Part shown: positions 29,785 to 43,048 of the stretch, in pieces | Numbering within the stretch: the stretch's first letter is position 1 | Layout: every line of letters begins with the position of its first letter | DNA from: Neocallimastix sp. 'constans' | Taxonomy: Eukaryota | Assembly (NCBI GenBank): GCA_050613775.1 | Contig: JBODTK010000127.1 | Location: 434,001-485,798 of the forward strand | Length of the DNA: 51,798 bases | Direction of reading: 5' to 3' | The notes under the pieces: model-generated | The model's database searches: none | Told to the model about the DNA's origin: nothing | The model's input: the letters and a program-made list of their open reading frames with translations, nothing else | Position numbers and translations under genes: made by a program

Positions 29785-30300
29785 TGGATAAGTCTTCGAA
29801 GTAGTTGTGACCCATTCTGCGATTCCAAATCTTTTTTTCTTCTTCTGATAATCTATTTATGGATGAAATATTTTTGTTTTACTACCGTTTATTTCGAAAT
29901 TTCCTGTTACTTGAACTTCGTTGTGTTCATTGGCATAGAAGGTAGCTATTGATTAATAATTTTCGTCCATAAAAACTAGTTTAACTTCTTCACCATCAAC
30001 AGATTCTGTTAATGTTTTAACACTGGTTTTAGCTAGTTCAATGCCACTTATAATATCTTTGGTAACATCTTTAGAGTATAATACTTTATTTAAGTATATT
30101 ATATGATTATTTATCTTGAATTTTTTATATTCCCATATCCTTCAAATGTGCATATTGTATTATTTGCACATCTTAATTCGGTCTTTTCTTCAGTATAATT
30201 ATCTAAGATTTCTTTGTTACTGTTTAAGTGTTCGCCAGCTCCATAATCATATAACCATGATGTTTCTTCATTATTATTAATATTCAATAAAAATTTTACT
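29785..30300 (-). mobile_element. Decayed fragment of a second, different copia-family element (protease to pre-integrase region)
   Basis: The minus strand reads EETSWLYDYGAGEHL...LRCANNTICTFEGYG...LNKVLYSKDVTKDIISG...IWNRRMGHNY. This matches the copia W..DSGA..H protease and LWH.R.GH motifs, with stops and frameshifts. Confidence 0.75.
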
Positions 30301-30816
30301 TCTTTTGTTTTTATTAATTATTATTATTATTATTATTATATTTAATAATAATAGTAATATAAATAAAGAAGATAATAAGATTAAAAATTTATTATTTCGA
30401 AAATTCAAAGTTTCCATTTCAAATGACATAAGACTTTCTAATTTCTTTAAAAAACTATATAAATTGAAAATTTTCTATTTTTTTTATTTTTTCTTAAGCT
30501 TTAGAAATATATATATATATTTTGTTTTTAAAAAATAAAAATTTATAAAACAATATTTAAAATAATTTTAAAAAATTATTAATAAATTAAAATATTATTA
30601 TTAAAGTTATTAGAACTTTATTAAAAAAAAAAAATAAAATAAAATAAAATTATTAATTACTTTAATAAATAAACGAACAAAAAAATAAATGAATAATAAA
30701 AACAAGTAATAAATAAAAAAATAAATAAATGATTAAATAATAGTATGTAAATATAAAAAATTAAGATTTCTATGTGTTTAGATAATACTGAATCAATTTT
30801 ACTTCTTATTGGATAT

Positions 30817-30859
<43 letters not shown>

Positions 30860-30959
30860 ATATATAATAATATATAATAAATAATAAATAATAGATAATA
30901 TAATAATATATTATAATATAAATAAATAATCATAAAAGGCATTAATAAAATTAAATATT

Positions 30960-31430
30960 AGGTGTGTATTTCGTGAAAGTTCATTTTGGAAAATAACTTG
31001 TACTTTAATACCACATCATTTAAATTTATTTTATATACATTTGAAATTAATATATAAATAATAAATTATTTTATTATTTATAATAACAAAAAATAATTAA
31101 TTTTATAATTAAAAAATTTTTTTTTTTTTTTTATATGTCCCTGTTGGACTGAGTATTCAGCATTAGCGCTCTGACATGCATATTAAAAAATTGAATAATT
31201 AATATTAATTTATTCATAATAAATAAATAAATAATAAACACTTTTTATTAAATAATGAATAATAAATAATAAATAGCAATAGTAAGCTTTAGATGAATGA
31301 CTACCTTCGTCACCAAAGATTTCCAACCAAGCTGTTCCAACATGTTCTATAACAGCACCGATCATACCAAAAATAGAACCATATAACAATATTTTCCAAT
31401 ACCGACCACTTCCTGCACAATTATACATAT
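30960..31430 (-). pseudogene. Possible fragment of an unknown membrane-protein gene
   Basis: A GC-richer island translates to AGSGRYWKILLYGSIFGMIGAVIEHVGTAWLEIFGDEGSHSSKAYYCYL, with smaller coding-like patches near 30960-31020 and 31135-31180. No complete gene model could be built. Confidence 0.35.
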
Positions 31431-32418
31431 ATATGTGATTAGTATTATTTGTAAAATATAGGCATATAGAAATAAATAATTTTATAATTAAAAAAAAAAA
31501 ATATTAATAACTTTTTTAGAATATATAAATAAATAATAAATAATTATATAAAATATATAAATAAATAAATAATTATTTAACTTTTTTTTAATAAAAAATA
31601 AAATAAATTCAAAAATTCTTTTATAGATTCAAATGATATTAAATTACTATTCAAATAATTAAATATTTTTATATGGTCAATTATCTTTTTTTAATTTTTA
31701 ATTCATTTATAATTTAAATAAATATTAATTATTTTTTATTTTTAATTTTTTTTTTTTTTTTAATATACCAAATATATAAAGCACTATGAAAATATTTTAT
31801 TTAATATCTAAAAAATTTAGAATCTTATTGATTATTATCACATTTATATTTATTTTTAATTATTAATTAAAAATTATTATTATTTAGTATTATTTATTTA
31901 TATATGTATTAAAAATTTTGAAGGTCACATATTCCGAAATGCACCAACATTCTATAAAGGATTTTAATTTACATCATAAAATTTTAATAAATTAAATTCA
32001 CATGCTACTAACACTTTATTCTAAATTAAATGATTTTATACATTTATATTGTGGCTTGTATATTTCTGTATTACAATTTGTTACAATACATTTGAAGCTT
32101 ATTTTTTATATATTTCTAACAATTATTAATTATTAATCTTATTATTACTATTTTTATTTATTTTATTTTATTATTCATTAAATATTCATTTTACTTATTT
32201 TTCATTTATATAGTATATATTATATATTATAGTGCTTATTATAATAAATGAATATTCTTTAAATTTTAATATAATTCAAATAAATTAAAAAAATATTTTA
32301 ATTTTTCGAATTTTTCTAAATATATAAAAGTATATAGTTTAAACATTTTTATTCTTCAATAAATTGAAATATATTAACATTAATTAAATGGTGATATTTG
32401 TTATAATAATATAATATA

Positions 32419-32488
<70 letters not shown>

Positions 32489-33016
32489 TAAAGTTTAATT
32501 TTTCTCAAAATTTTTTTAAAAAATATAAAAATATAAAAATATACAATATATATTATATTTTATTATTTTAATTTTAAATAATATATTTTAATATATTATT
32601 AATTTTTTTTAATCAAATAAAAAATATTTTAATCACAAAAAAATTACTTTAATTACATTATTTATATAATATTTAGAATTATTTATATTATTTTTATTAT
32701 AGTAATATTAATATTACTAATTATTAATATTATATTAAAATGTTTAAAAACGGCTTTTTTCATATGTATAAAAAAACTTTAAATAAAAAATTAAAGAAAT
32801 AAAAAAAAAAAAAGACCAAAAAAAAAAAAAAAAAAAAATTGTAAATAAAAAAAATTTTTTTTTTCCTATAATTATTTTTTTTTCTTATTTAAAAAAAAAA
32901 AAAAATTAAAAAATAATATATATATATAAGAACTAAGCTAAAAAATAAAAATAAAAAATAAACCAGAACAAAAGAAAAAACAAAAAATAAAAATAAAAAA
33001 TAAAGGAAAATAAAAA

Positions 33017-35131
33017 ATGATAAAAAAGATTTCAATTTTTTTAAGTGTATTAGGTTTATTTAAATTTTCACAAGGTTACTCTTGTGACCCAAACGTTTGT
33101 AAACCACCAAGTTGTACTTGTGCTTCTCAATTACCACCTGGTGGTATTAACCCAAAAGATGCTCCACAATTTGTTATTCTATCTTATGATGATGCAGTAA
33201 ATGACAGTACCTTTCCTATACTTAAAAATATGTACAAAGGCTTAGCTCATAGTAATGGCTGTCCAGTAGTTGCTACCCATTTCGTACAAAATGTATACAC
33301 TAATTATCATCAAGTTCAACAGTTATATGCACAAGGAGATGAAGTAAACAAATCTTTATTTTTTTTAATTATATAGATTAAGGGAAATTACAAAGAATTA
33401 GTAAAATAATAGAAAAATAAAAATGAATTAAAATAATCAAATGAAATTTAAATTTTATATATATTTAAAAATTATAAACAAAATTTATTTAAAATTATTT
33501 ATTTAATTAAAAATAAAATCTATAAAAGTTTATTAAAAAATATTTTGTTTAATTAAATATGAAATTATTAAAAATTTTAAATAAAAGATTGCACTTCATA
33601 CCTTTCAACATACGGCATTAGCTTCTCAAAATGAAATTGACAGTGGAAGAACTGTACTTAGTACTTTTGCAGGTATCCCTTTAAATGACATTAAGGGTTT
33701 CCGTGCACGTAAATATTAATAAAAATTTATATATAATATTAATATAATTATTGTAGTATTTTTTCTTAAAAAAAAAAAAAATAAAATAAAAAATAAAAAA
33801 TAAAAATAATATAAATTAAAATAAAATAAATTAATATAAAATATATAAAAAAAAAAATAAAATCTATTATATATATATAATATATAGCTTTTTTGAATTA
33901 TACGAACGATTTAATTCAGTCTGTTCAAAATTTAGGTTTAACCTATGATTCTAGTACTTCAACAATTCGTCAAGATTCTTCTTGGCCATATACCCTTGAT
34001 AATGGTTTCAATGAAAGTGATGTAGATTGTAATACTACTGGTACATGTGGAAGTATAACAAACCATCAAGGTCTCTGGGAAATTCCACTTTATTCATTCT
34101 TTTACAAAGACGGTAAAATAGATTTTATATATATATATATATATTTTATTTTATTAAAAATATTTTAATTATTAAATAAATTAGATTATTGAATATACAT
34201 AAATTGATTAATAAACTTTTTTTTTTTTTTTTTTCTTCCTTTCTTTTAATATAATTATAAATATATTTATAACTATTTATAAAATGAAATAATACACTTT
34301 TAAAATAAAATTATGGAAATAACATATAAATGACTAAATAATAAACTAAATAATAATAATAAATTACAAATCATCATAAATTATCTTATAATTAAATTAA
34401 TGAATATTTATACAGCTTCAAAGCCACCTGTTTCTATGGATCCACCATATGATAATGGTGATTTAATGACTCTTTTAAAGGATAATTTTAATTTCAGATA
34501 CAATGGTAATCGTCAACCATTAGCTATTGCTGTTCATGCTGTTCATTGTAGTGAACCAGAAGCAAAAGTTAAACTTTTCCGTGATTTCATTAAATGGTGT
34601 ATTGGTCAAAAAGATGTTTACTTTATTACCTATTCTCAATTGATTGAATATATGAAAAATCCAGTTAAAGCTTCTGAACTTTCTGGTCATCCAGCTGTTA
34701 GCTGTCATAAATTTGAAACTTATAAGGTTAAGAGTGATTCCGAAATTTGTGATGGTATTGATAACAATGGTGATGGTAATATTGATGAAGGAATTGTTGA
34801 AAGTTGTGGTATTGGTAATTCATACTTCTCTACCTGTTTTGGTTGTCCAACTTCTGAACCTTCTATTAATAATCCAAACCCAGTTCGTAATGGTGATCGT
34901 AAAACTATTCCACCCCAAGGTTGTACCGAAGGTACTTGGGATCCATTAACTAGTAATTGTGTCAGTGTAAGTGGTTCCACTTATTTGGAATCTATTGCTC
35001 CAGAAAAAATAGTTACTGAAGAAAATGCCACCTCAGGTAATTTATCCAGTGGAACTTATTCTTACCATAAGACAATCTCACTTTTTATCATTTATATATT
35101 CACTACTTTAGTTTATTCACTTCTTTATTAA
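33017..35131 (+). CDS. Secreted, probably GPI- or membrane-anchored CE4 polysaccharide (chitin) deacetylase-like protein; exons 33017-33343, 33588-33708, 33888-34112, 34416-35131
   Basis: Signal peptide; CDPNVCKPPSCTCAS...PQFVILSYDDA; E|IALHTFQH; GFRAP|FL; YDSS; WPYTLDNG; GLWEIP; RYNGNRQP; DVYFITYSQLIEYMKNP. A Cys-rich tail and hydrophobic C-terminus follow. Three in-phase introns. Confidence 0.9.
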
Positions 35132-35168
<37 letters not shown>

Positions 35169-35413
35169 AACAATTTAAACCTCAAAATTAAATTATCTTT
35201 AAATTTATATAACCTATAAAAATATTGAGGATAAAAAAAAAAAAAACAATTAAATATTTTCTATCTGTTTATAATAAAATAAATTATTAAATATTATATA
35301 TAAAGTATTATTTTTATATTATTAAATTTATAATATATAATAATAAAATAATATATAAAAATAATAATACAAATAAAAATAAAAATAGAGAAATAAAAAT
35401 AAAATAAAATAAA

Positions 35414-35450
<37 letters not shown>

Positions 35451-36039
35451 TATATATATTATTTCTTTAATATATATAAATGGATTATTAAAAAGAAAAT
35501 TCAATAGAATTAAAAAGTACGGATATTTAATTTTTAACAAAATTTTATTTTAAAAAAAAAAAAAAAATTAAAATTACCGAAATAAATTATATAATATTCT
35601 TGTTAATATATATATATATATATATTTTTTTTTTTTTTAATATATATATATTATTAATGTGATTTTTGATTATTACTATTATTATTTAAAATAGGTATAA
35701 ATTGATTAATTTATTTTATTTATAAATTTAAACATTATGATTGTAAATACATATACATACATATATATATATTTAATGTGTAACAATAATTATCATTTTC
35801 AAAAAAAACAACCTATTCTTAAAAAAAAAATTTTTTTTTTCTCAATTTTAATAATTTATTATTATTATTATTATTATTACTATTATAATTATTAATATTA
35901 TTTAAAATAGGTATAAATTTAATAATTTGTTTTGGTTTTATTAATAATTTAAATTTTATTACTTTACTATTAATAATAATAATAATGTTCCTCATTAAAT
36001 ATATAAATATATATGTATGTATATATAAATGTATGTATT

Positions 36040-38927
36040 TTAATGAGTAACAATAATACCATCTTCAAAACCAACATATTCTAAAATTTTTTCTAATTTA
36101 TCCTTATATTCTAAATGACCACTAACAATAGAGGTTAAATCAATATTTTCAATACCTTCTACTTCAACTTTTTGAAGGCCAGCAATATGATTACAAATGG
36201 TACTGGCACGGAAAAGGAAACTTAATACCCAATCGGTTTGACAATAACCATTAATGACACGACCAGCGGTCATTGCACGAAGTTTAGACCATTGAATAGG
36301 ATTTGATTCTACTGGAGCTCCAAATAAATAGATAGAATCCACGATAGAATGAACTAAAAATTTAGATTTTTCAAGTTCATCGTTAGATATATTTTCTTCA
36401 TTTCCATCTGCTTTACCTTCTGAATCCTTATTACGTTTAGAACGATACCATGAAAAGATAGAATCATCTTGTTTTTTCATATTTAATTCAAAGGAATAGT
36501 TCCATAGTTCTAAGAGACAATAATAGATCACTCTGGCACCTAAGGAATAACCTACTAAGGTTACTGGTCTTTTACCATGAACGTATTTCAACAAAACTTC
36601 ACGCGCCAATACCTTACCTGCCTTTTCAGCTTTATCCAAACCAGACGTCCATGGATTATCAATCATAGTACCCATTTGTACCATTGCCACTGGCCAAATT
36701 AATCCTGAAACCACACCACCCAAAATAGTTTGTCTTAAAAGCTGCTTAACTGTAAATGTTATGGAACCACTAACAATCATACTTTCCATAGCTTGCCCTA
36801 AATTAATTAAAATTTTACTATCGAACTTTAATGCATAAATATTACTAGACATGGTATTACGATTTTCAATTAAGCTTTCCCATGGTTTATAGATATCTTC
36901 AATATCTTTTAACCAACCTGAAATACAAATTATGACATGAAGTTTACTTGGGGAATTTTGTGGTACTACTTGAGTTGTATTTTCAAAACTTAAATTCTCT
37001 ATAGGATTGGAATTAATATAGGTTGATTCGGTATCAGAAAGATTGGAAGTATCAGTATTTGAGTTAATACTATTTGTAGAACTTTGATTATAATTATGAG
37101 AAATAGATAAGGTATTTTTATGATTTGCACTAGTTTCAGAGGATTCACCGCTACTTTCGTTATTTTCATTACTTTTATTTTTATTTTTTTCTTCCTTCTT
37201 CTTTTCTATAAATTTGTTAATTTCGGGGTCTGTTCCTTGATAAGGTAATTCAATGAATTTAAATTCCTTGAGACCACTGAAAACTTTATGGAAATTATAG
37301 GCCGTAAGACCACCACCAGTAAGACCAAACAAAGCACCAAAGATAGCAACACCTGATGCGGTAGTTAAGAAAGTACCTACACCAGCCATAACACCAGTTG
37401 TAGTAATACCTAAAAGAGTTCCTAAAGTACTTAAACCTGCACCTAATGTACCTAAACCAGCTCCAACAATTGGAGCAGCTAAACCACCAGTAACACCAAT
37501 AATAATACCACTTCCAACCGTAGCTAAACTCCACATCATCCATTTATTTTTAGCACTACTTTTTTCATTCTTTATATAGGGATCACCTTCACCTTCACTA
37601 CCATTTTTCTTTTTTTGTTCCTCTAACGCTTTTTGATATTCTTCCCAAAGTAAACAACTAACACGATTTTCAACTTCAGGTATAATTGAAGAAAATTCAG
37701 CATCAATATTCTCTTGAACTTCATAAATATATTCATTACTAGCTTGACGAATAAGTTTCATTTCTTCTTCAAGACGAATATCTTCAGATTTTCCTTCATT
37801 ATCATCATCATTTTTTTTTTGTTCTAGTTTTTGAACTAATTCAAATTCAAATTTTTTTTGTGAAATTAATTTGTATTCTGATAAAAGGTCTCTTAAAAAT
37901 TGACGTAAAACTTGTCTCAAACGAGCATCATAAATAAATAAATTACTTGCTGTCTTTTTATTTTTAAATTCAAATGTGGTGGTTTTGGTATATTCCATAT
38001 TTTGGAAGTAATAAATAAGAATTTCAGTTAACCCAGCACATAAAATATTATTAGCATTTCTTTTATTATTTTTTGAATGATTTTTAAGAATGAGGTCTTG
38101 TAATTCTTGATTTGAATAACCGTCATCCCCTTGCATAATTTTGGCTTGTTCTGTTTTATCAAAAAATATTTATTATTATTGTAGATATTCATTGTAAAAT
38201 ATTGAATAATAATTTTATAATGATTATAATAGGATATTTGGATATTTATTTATTTATGTTTTTATTGATAAAGTTAATTATAATTGAAATTTTCACCAAT
38301 ATAATTTTTAAAATTATAATAAAAATTTATTTTAATTATAAAATACATATATATAAGTTAATTAATATTCAACAACATCTATTATTAAATATATATATAA
38401 GAATATATATAAGAAAACAAATTAAGTATAAAAATTTAAATATAGGGTATTTAAAATATTATACTTTGTTTAATTTTTTAATTTTGAAAATTAAACTATA
38501 CTATAAATTTTTTTTTTTTTCTAAATTTACCCTTAGAATTAATATTATAAGTTTTAAATAAAAAATCCATTAAGAGGCGACTCCAATTACTGTAATTCGT
38601 TAAAGCTGGTATTTGAAAATTTGAAAAATCATAATCATTTTTTGATTTGTTTTCTAATATTTCGACTTGTTCCTCTTTAAAAGTTTCCATGTCCTTTAAT
38701 AACAAAGTATTTAGATTCACATTATTTTTTTCAATAATTTTCCACATTAAACCAATAAATGGAATAGGATTCTTTTTTATTTCATTTAATACTTCAATGT
38801 AATCTTGAGGAGAATCTTGTAATTGTAATTGTTCTTGACCTTGTTCTAGTTCTATTTTTTCGTTGGGTCCTTTTAGAACACTTGAACTATTTTCATCCAA
38901 TGATATAATCTCATCGAAATCATCCAT
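36040..38927 (-). CDS. TMCO4: DUF726 / TMCO4 (Mil1-like) alpha/beta-hydrolase-fold membrane protein; exons 38927-38531 and 38150-36040
   Basis: Motifs IIGVTGGLAAP, GALFGLTGGGL, ISGW, IDNPW..GLDKAEKAGKVLA, GKRPVTLVGYSLGARVIYYCL, GRVINGY..TDWVL and IVSGHLEY. Intron 38530-38151 (GTAAAT...CAG) joins the two ORFs in phase. Confidence 0.88.
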
Positions 38928-39045
38928 TATATTTTTGCTGATGTTATTATTTAAAATGTCGTCAATTTCTTTTGTATTATAAATACAAATTAAATAATTT
39001 TAAGTTTATGTATTTTTATTTATTATGATAGATACTATCTTAATC

Positions 39046-39078
<33 letters not shown>

Positions 39079-42000
39079 CAAATAATTATAAATTAGTAGA
39101 ATTAAAATAATTTATTATTTTTATTTTATTTTATCTTATTAATTTTAGTAAATATATTCGATAGTATTCAGCCTTCTAAACATTTATATTAATATATCAT
39201 ACAAAAAAAAAAAAAAATTATTTAACTAATTTATAATAATGAGAAATATAATAACAAATACCTTCTTTTTATTTTTCTTTATTTAAATAAAATATTATTT
39301 ATTTTTAAAAATTAACTTGATTTTTTTTTTTTAATGAAAATATGTAATAATATTAAATAAAAACCAGCTTTATAATTATTAAATAAATTTACATATATTG
39401 GTTTAGTTTTTGGTTTTAAATGTTTTATATTAATTATATTAAATATATACAATCAAAAAAAAAATATTTATATAAAAGAATATTTTATAAAATATATATA
39501 TGTACTATATTTTATTTTTTATTTAATAATTTAAAAAATATCTTGTAAAAAAAAAAAATAATCTTTATATATTTTTCTTATTTATGTATTAAAATTTATA
39601 TTTATATTTATTTATTGTATCTTTTTAATTATATATTATTTTTTATTTTTTTTTTTTATTGCTGTTTAAATATTTTTTGTTTTAAATAACAAAAAAAATC
39701 TTTTTATCTCTTTTTATATATTTTATTTAAATACTTATAAATTAATTACATATATTAAAATATATTTATAATATATTATAATAAAATTTTGCATTAAATT
39801 ATTTTCAAATTAATTAATATATGTTAATTTTTAAATATATATTTTATATTTATATATTTTTAATACTTTTATAAAAACAATATTTTTAAATATCAATTTT
39901 TAAATATCAATTATTAAAAAAGTTTTTTATTTTATTAAGGTTTATATTATCTGAATTAGACAAAAAGAAAAAAATAAGCAACCATAATTGATATACATAT
40001 ATTCCATGTAAAGTAATAGTAATATAATAAAATTTATTAAGTAATAATTTATATTATTTTTATATATTATAATATATTATAATAATAAAAGTTTTATAAA
40101 ATATTAAGAAGGAATTTTTGGTAATCTTTTTTTTAATAAAAATAAAGTGGAAAAATATTGCTTCAACAAAATATTACTGCTAGTTCATCCAAATAATTTC
40201 AACATATTTAACATTTATATGTTTAAATTTTATACATATATATATATCTAAAAATTAAAAATAAAAACAGGTTTCTTTTTTTTTTTAAAAAAAAAAATTA
40301 ATAATCCCAAATATTGATAAATCTTTATTCCCTCTAATTTTTTAAAATTTTTTTATTATAGAAAATTTATCAATAAAAATTTATATTTTAATTTTTTATT
40401 AATAAATACTACTTATTACAAAAAATCTTTTATTCTTTGTTTTTACTTTTCCTTTAAATTCTTTTTTTTTTATTTTTCTTTTTCTTTTCTTTGTTTTACT
40501 TTTCCTTTAAATTCTTTTTTTTCTTTGTTTTTATCATTCCTTTTATATTTTATATAAATTTTAAAAAAAAATTATCATAAAATCATAAATTCAAATTTTT
40601 ATTATTTAATAATTTAAAAAATTTTAATTTACATTAAAGGTTACACGAAAAACTTAATTTACTATGTATAGAAAAATTTTCAATTAACGTTTTTAAAAAA
40701 CTTTTAATAAAATTAATAAATTAAAATTATTGGATAAACTCTTAGTAAAGAAAAAAAAAAATTCGAAATTAAGATAAATACAAACTTAATGAAAAGACTT
40801 TAAAAATATTAAATTATTAATGTAATTATTAAATATTAAAAACAAATAAATGTATAATTAAGAAATGATACTTTAATTTATATAAATAATTTCAAGAAAA
40901 TTATATAAATATTGATAAATAAAAATATAATAATAAATTTAAAATAAAAAATAAATAAAAAAATTAATCTATTTTGATAAATAATGTATATATAAATTAA
41001 TGAATTATAAATATTTTTTATTTGTTCCTCACATTTTATAATGTATAATTTATATTAATTATAAATATTAATATCATAAATTTTATTTCATATTAAAAAT
41101 AAAAATTATATATTTCAATCATTTTAAAATTTAAGAAATTTAAGTATACATAAAAAATAGTTATCATTAGTCATTAATGAGTTTTTTAATACAGTAATTA
41201 TTTTTATTTATTAATCTAAAATTTAAACAGAATATAATGAAATTCTCCATCTAATATTAATGAATAATTATTATTTTTATTACCTATAAAATAAATTTAA
41301 AGATAAAATAATATAATTAAAATAATATAATATTAATAGTATTTTAGGAAAAAATATATATATTATATATATATTATATAAAATAGGAATTATTTAATAA
41401 TCATAATTTAGTTTCAATAAATCAATGATTATTATAAAAAATAATTCCTATTTGAGATATATATATTATTATTTTTTATTTCACATTAATTTATTTTGTA
41501 ATAAAAAATAATATGAAATATTCAAATAAATATTGAATTTTTTTTTTTTAAGAATAAATAAATTAATTGATAAATTGATAAATAATATATATATATTTTT
41601 TATATTTATTTATTTATTTATTTTTATTTATTTTTATTTATTTATTTTTATTTTATTGTATTTGTGATAAGTTGGTGTATTTTATAATATTTATTTTATA
41701 AAATATTATAATATTTATTTTTTCTATAAATAGAAGTTTTATAATCATATATCCTAAAAAAATATTATCTTTTAACTGTTTAAGAATCTTTTTATTAATT
41801 AAAAAATGTAAAATAATTTAAATCGGTTCTATCTCTGTCTAATAGAATCATGTAATAAAATAAATTATAAAATTAATATAATAATTTAAAAGGTAAAAAA
41901 TATTTTTATATATAAGAATTAAGATAAAATGTTTATCATTTATAGTTTATTTTTCAAAATCTTACTTTTGCAATTAATTAATGATTTTATCATAGAATAA

Positions 42001-42104
42001 AAACATTTTTTTGAAATAATTTTGTATTATTTAATTTATAAATTATTTTATAATACTTTTTTTTTTTTTTTTTAATTTTTTTTATAATACTTTTTTTTTT
42101 ATAA

Positions 42105-42138
<34 letters not shown>

Positions 42139-43048
42139 ATAATTTTTAACTTATTTTTTGCTATTCTATTATTTTATTATCAATCACTAATTATTTATTA
42201 AAATTAATAATTTTTTGTATATTATATATATATATATATTTTATATAATTTTATATTTATAATAATATTTTTTTAAAATAAAAATAAAAATTGGAAATTA
42301 TAAATAATATATATATGAAAAAAATAGCTTATCGGCTAAATAATTATTTATGATATTCTTGTTTATAATAATTATATCATTTTTAATGTTTTCATTCATT
42401 AATAAAAGAATTTATTTATAATAGTTTGAATACTTCTCATGCTTTTATTTAACAAGACTTTTATATATGTTATACTAATGATAAATAAATGCATAAATAA
42501 ATACATAAATAAATAAATAAATAAATATATAAATATATAAATTTATAAATATATAAATAAAAAAAAATTTTTTTAAAAAGTATATATTAAAAAATTTTAC
42601 ATATAATTTTTTTTCATTTTTATATTTTCAAAATTAAACTTAAAAATATATAATAATAAATTTTACTTTTTTATCTTTTTAATGTTACTTTAAAAAAATT
42701 TTTTTAAAGGAAATTTTTTCGATATTCCATTTTATATATTTTTACTTCTAATTTTATTTTTATTTTTATTATTTTTATTTTTTTTTTTATTTTTATTTTT
42801 ATTTTTTTTTTATTTTTATTTTTATTTTTTATTTTTATTTTTATTTATTTTAATATAATATATATTAAATAAATATAAATATTTGTAAAGAAAAGGTACT
42901 TTTATTTCTAGATTTTTTTTTTCTTAAAATATATATATATATACATAGATAAATAGTAATATTTAAAATAAATAAATAAATATATATATATATATTATTA
43001 TATTTTATTATAAAAATCATAAGCAAGAAAAAAAAAATAAATAAAATA

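Noticed and set aside
34520..34980. Overlapping ORFs within the last deacetylase exon; likewise 37295-37543, 43797-44096, 48725-48955 and 50549-50755
   Set aside because: They are antisense or alternative frames of well-supported genes.
40435..40535. Local ~35-bp duplication (TTGTTTTTACTTTTCCTTTAAATTCTTTT)
   Set aside because: Two imperfect copies in low-complexity intergenic DNA are consistent with ordinary slippage.
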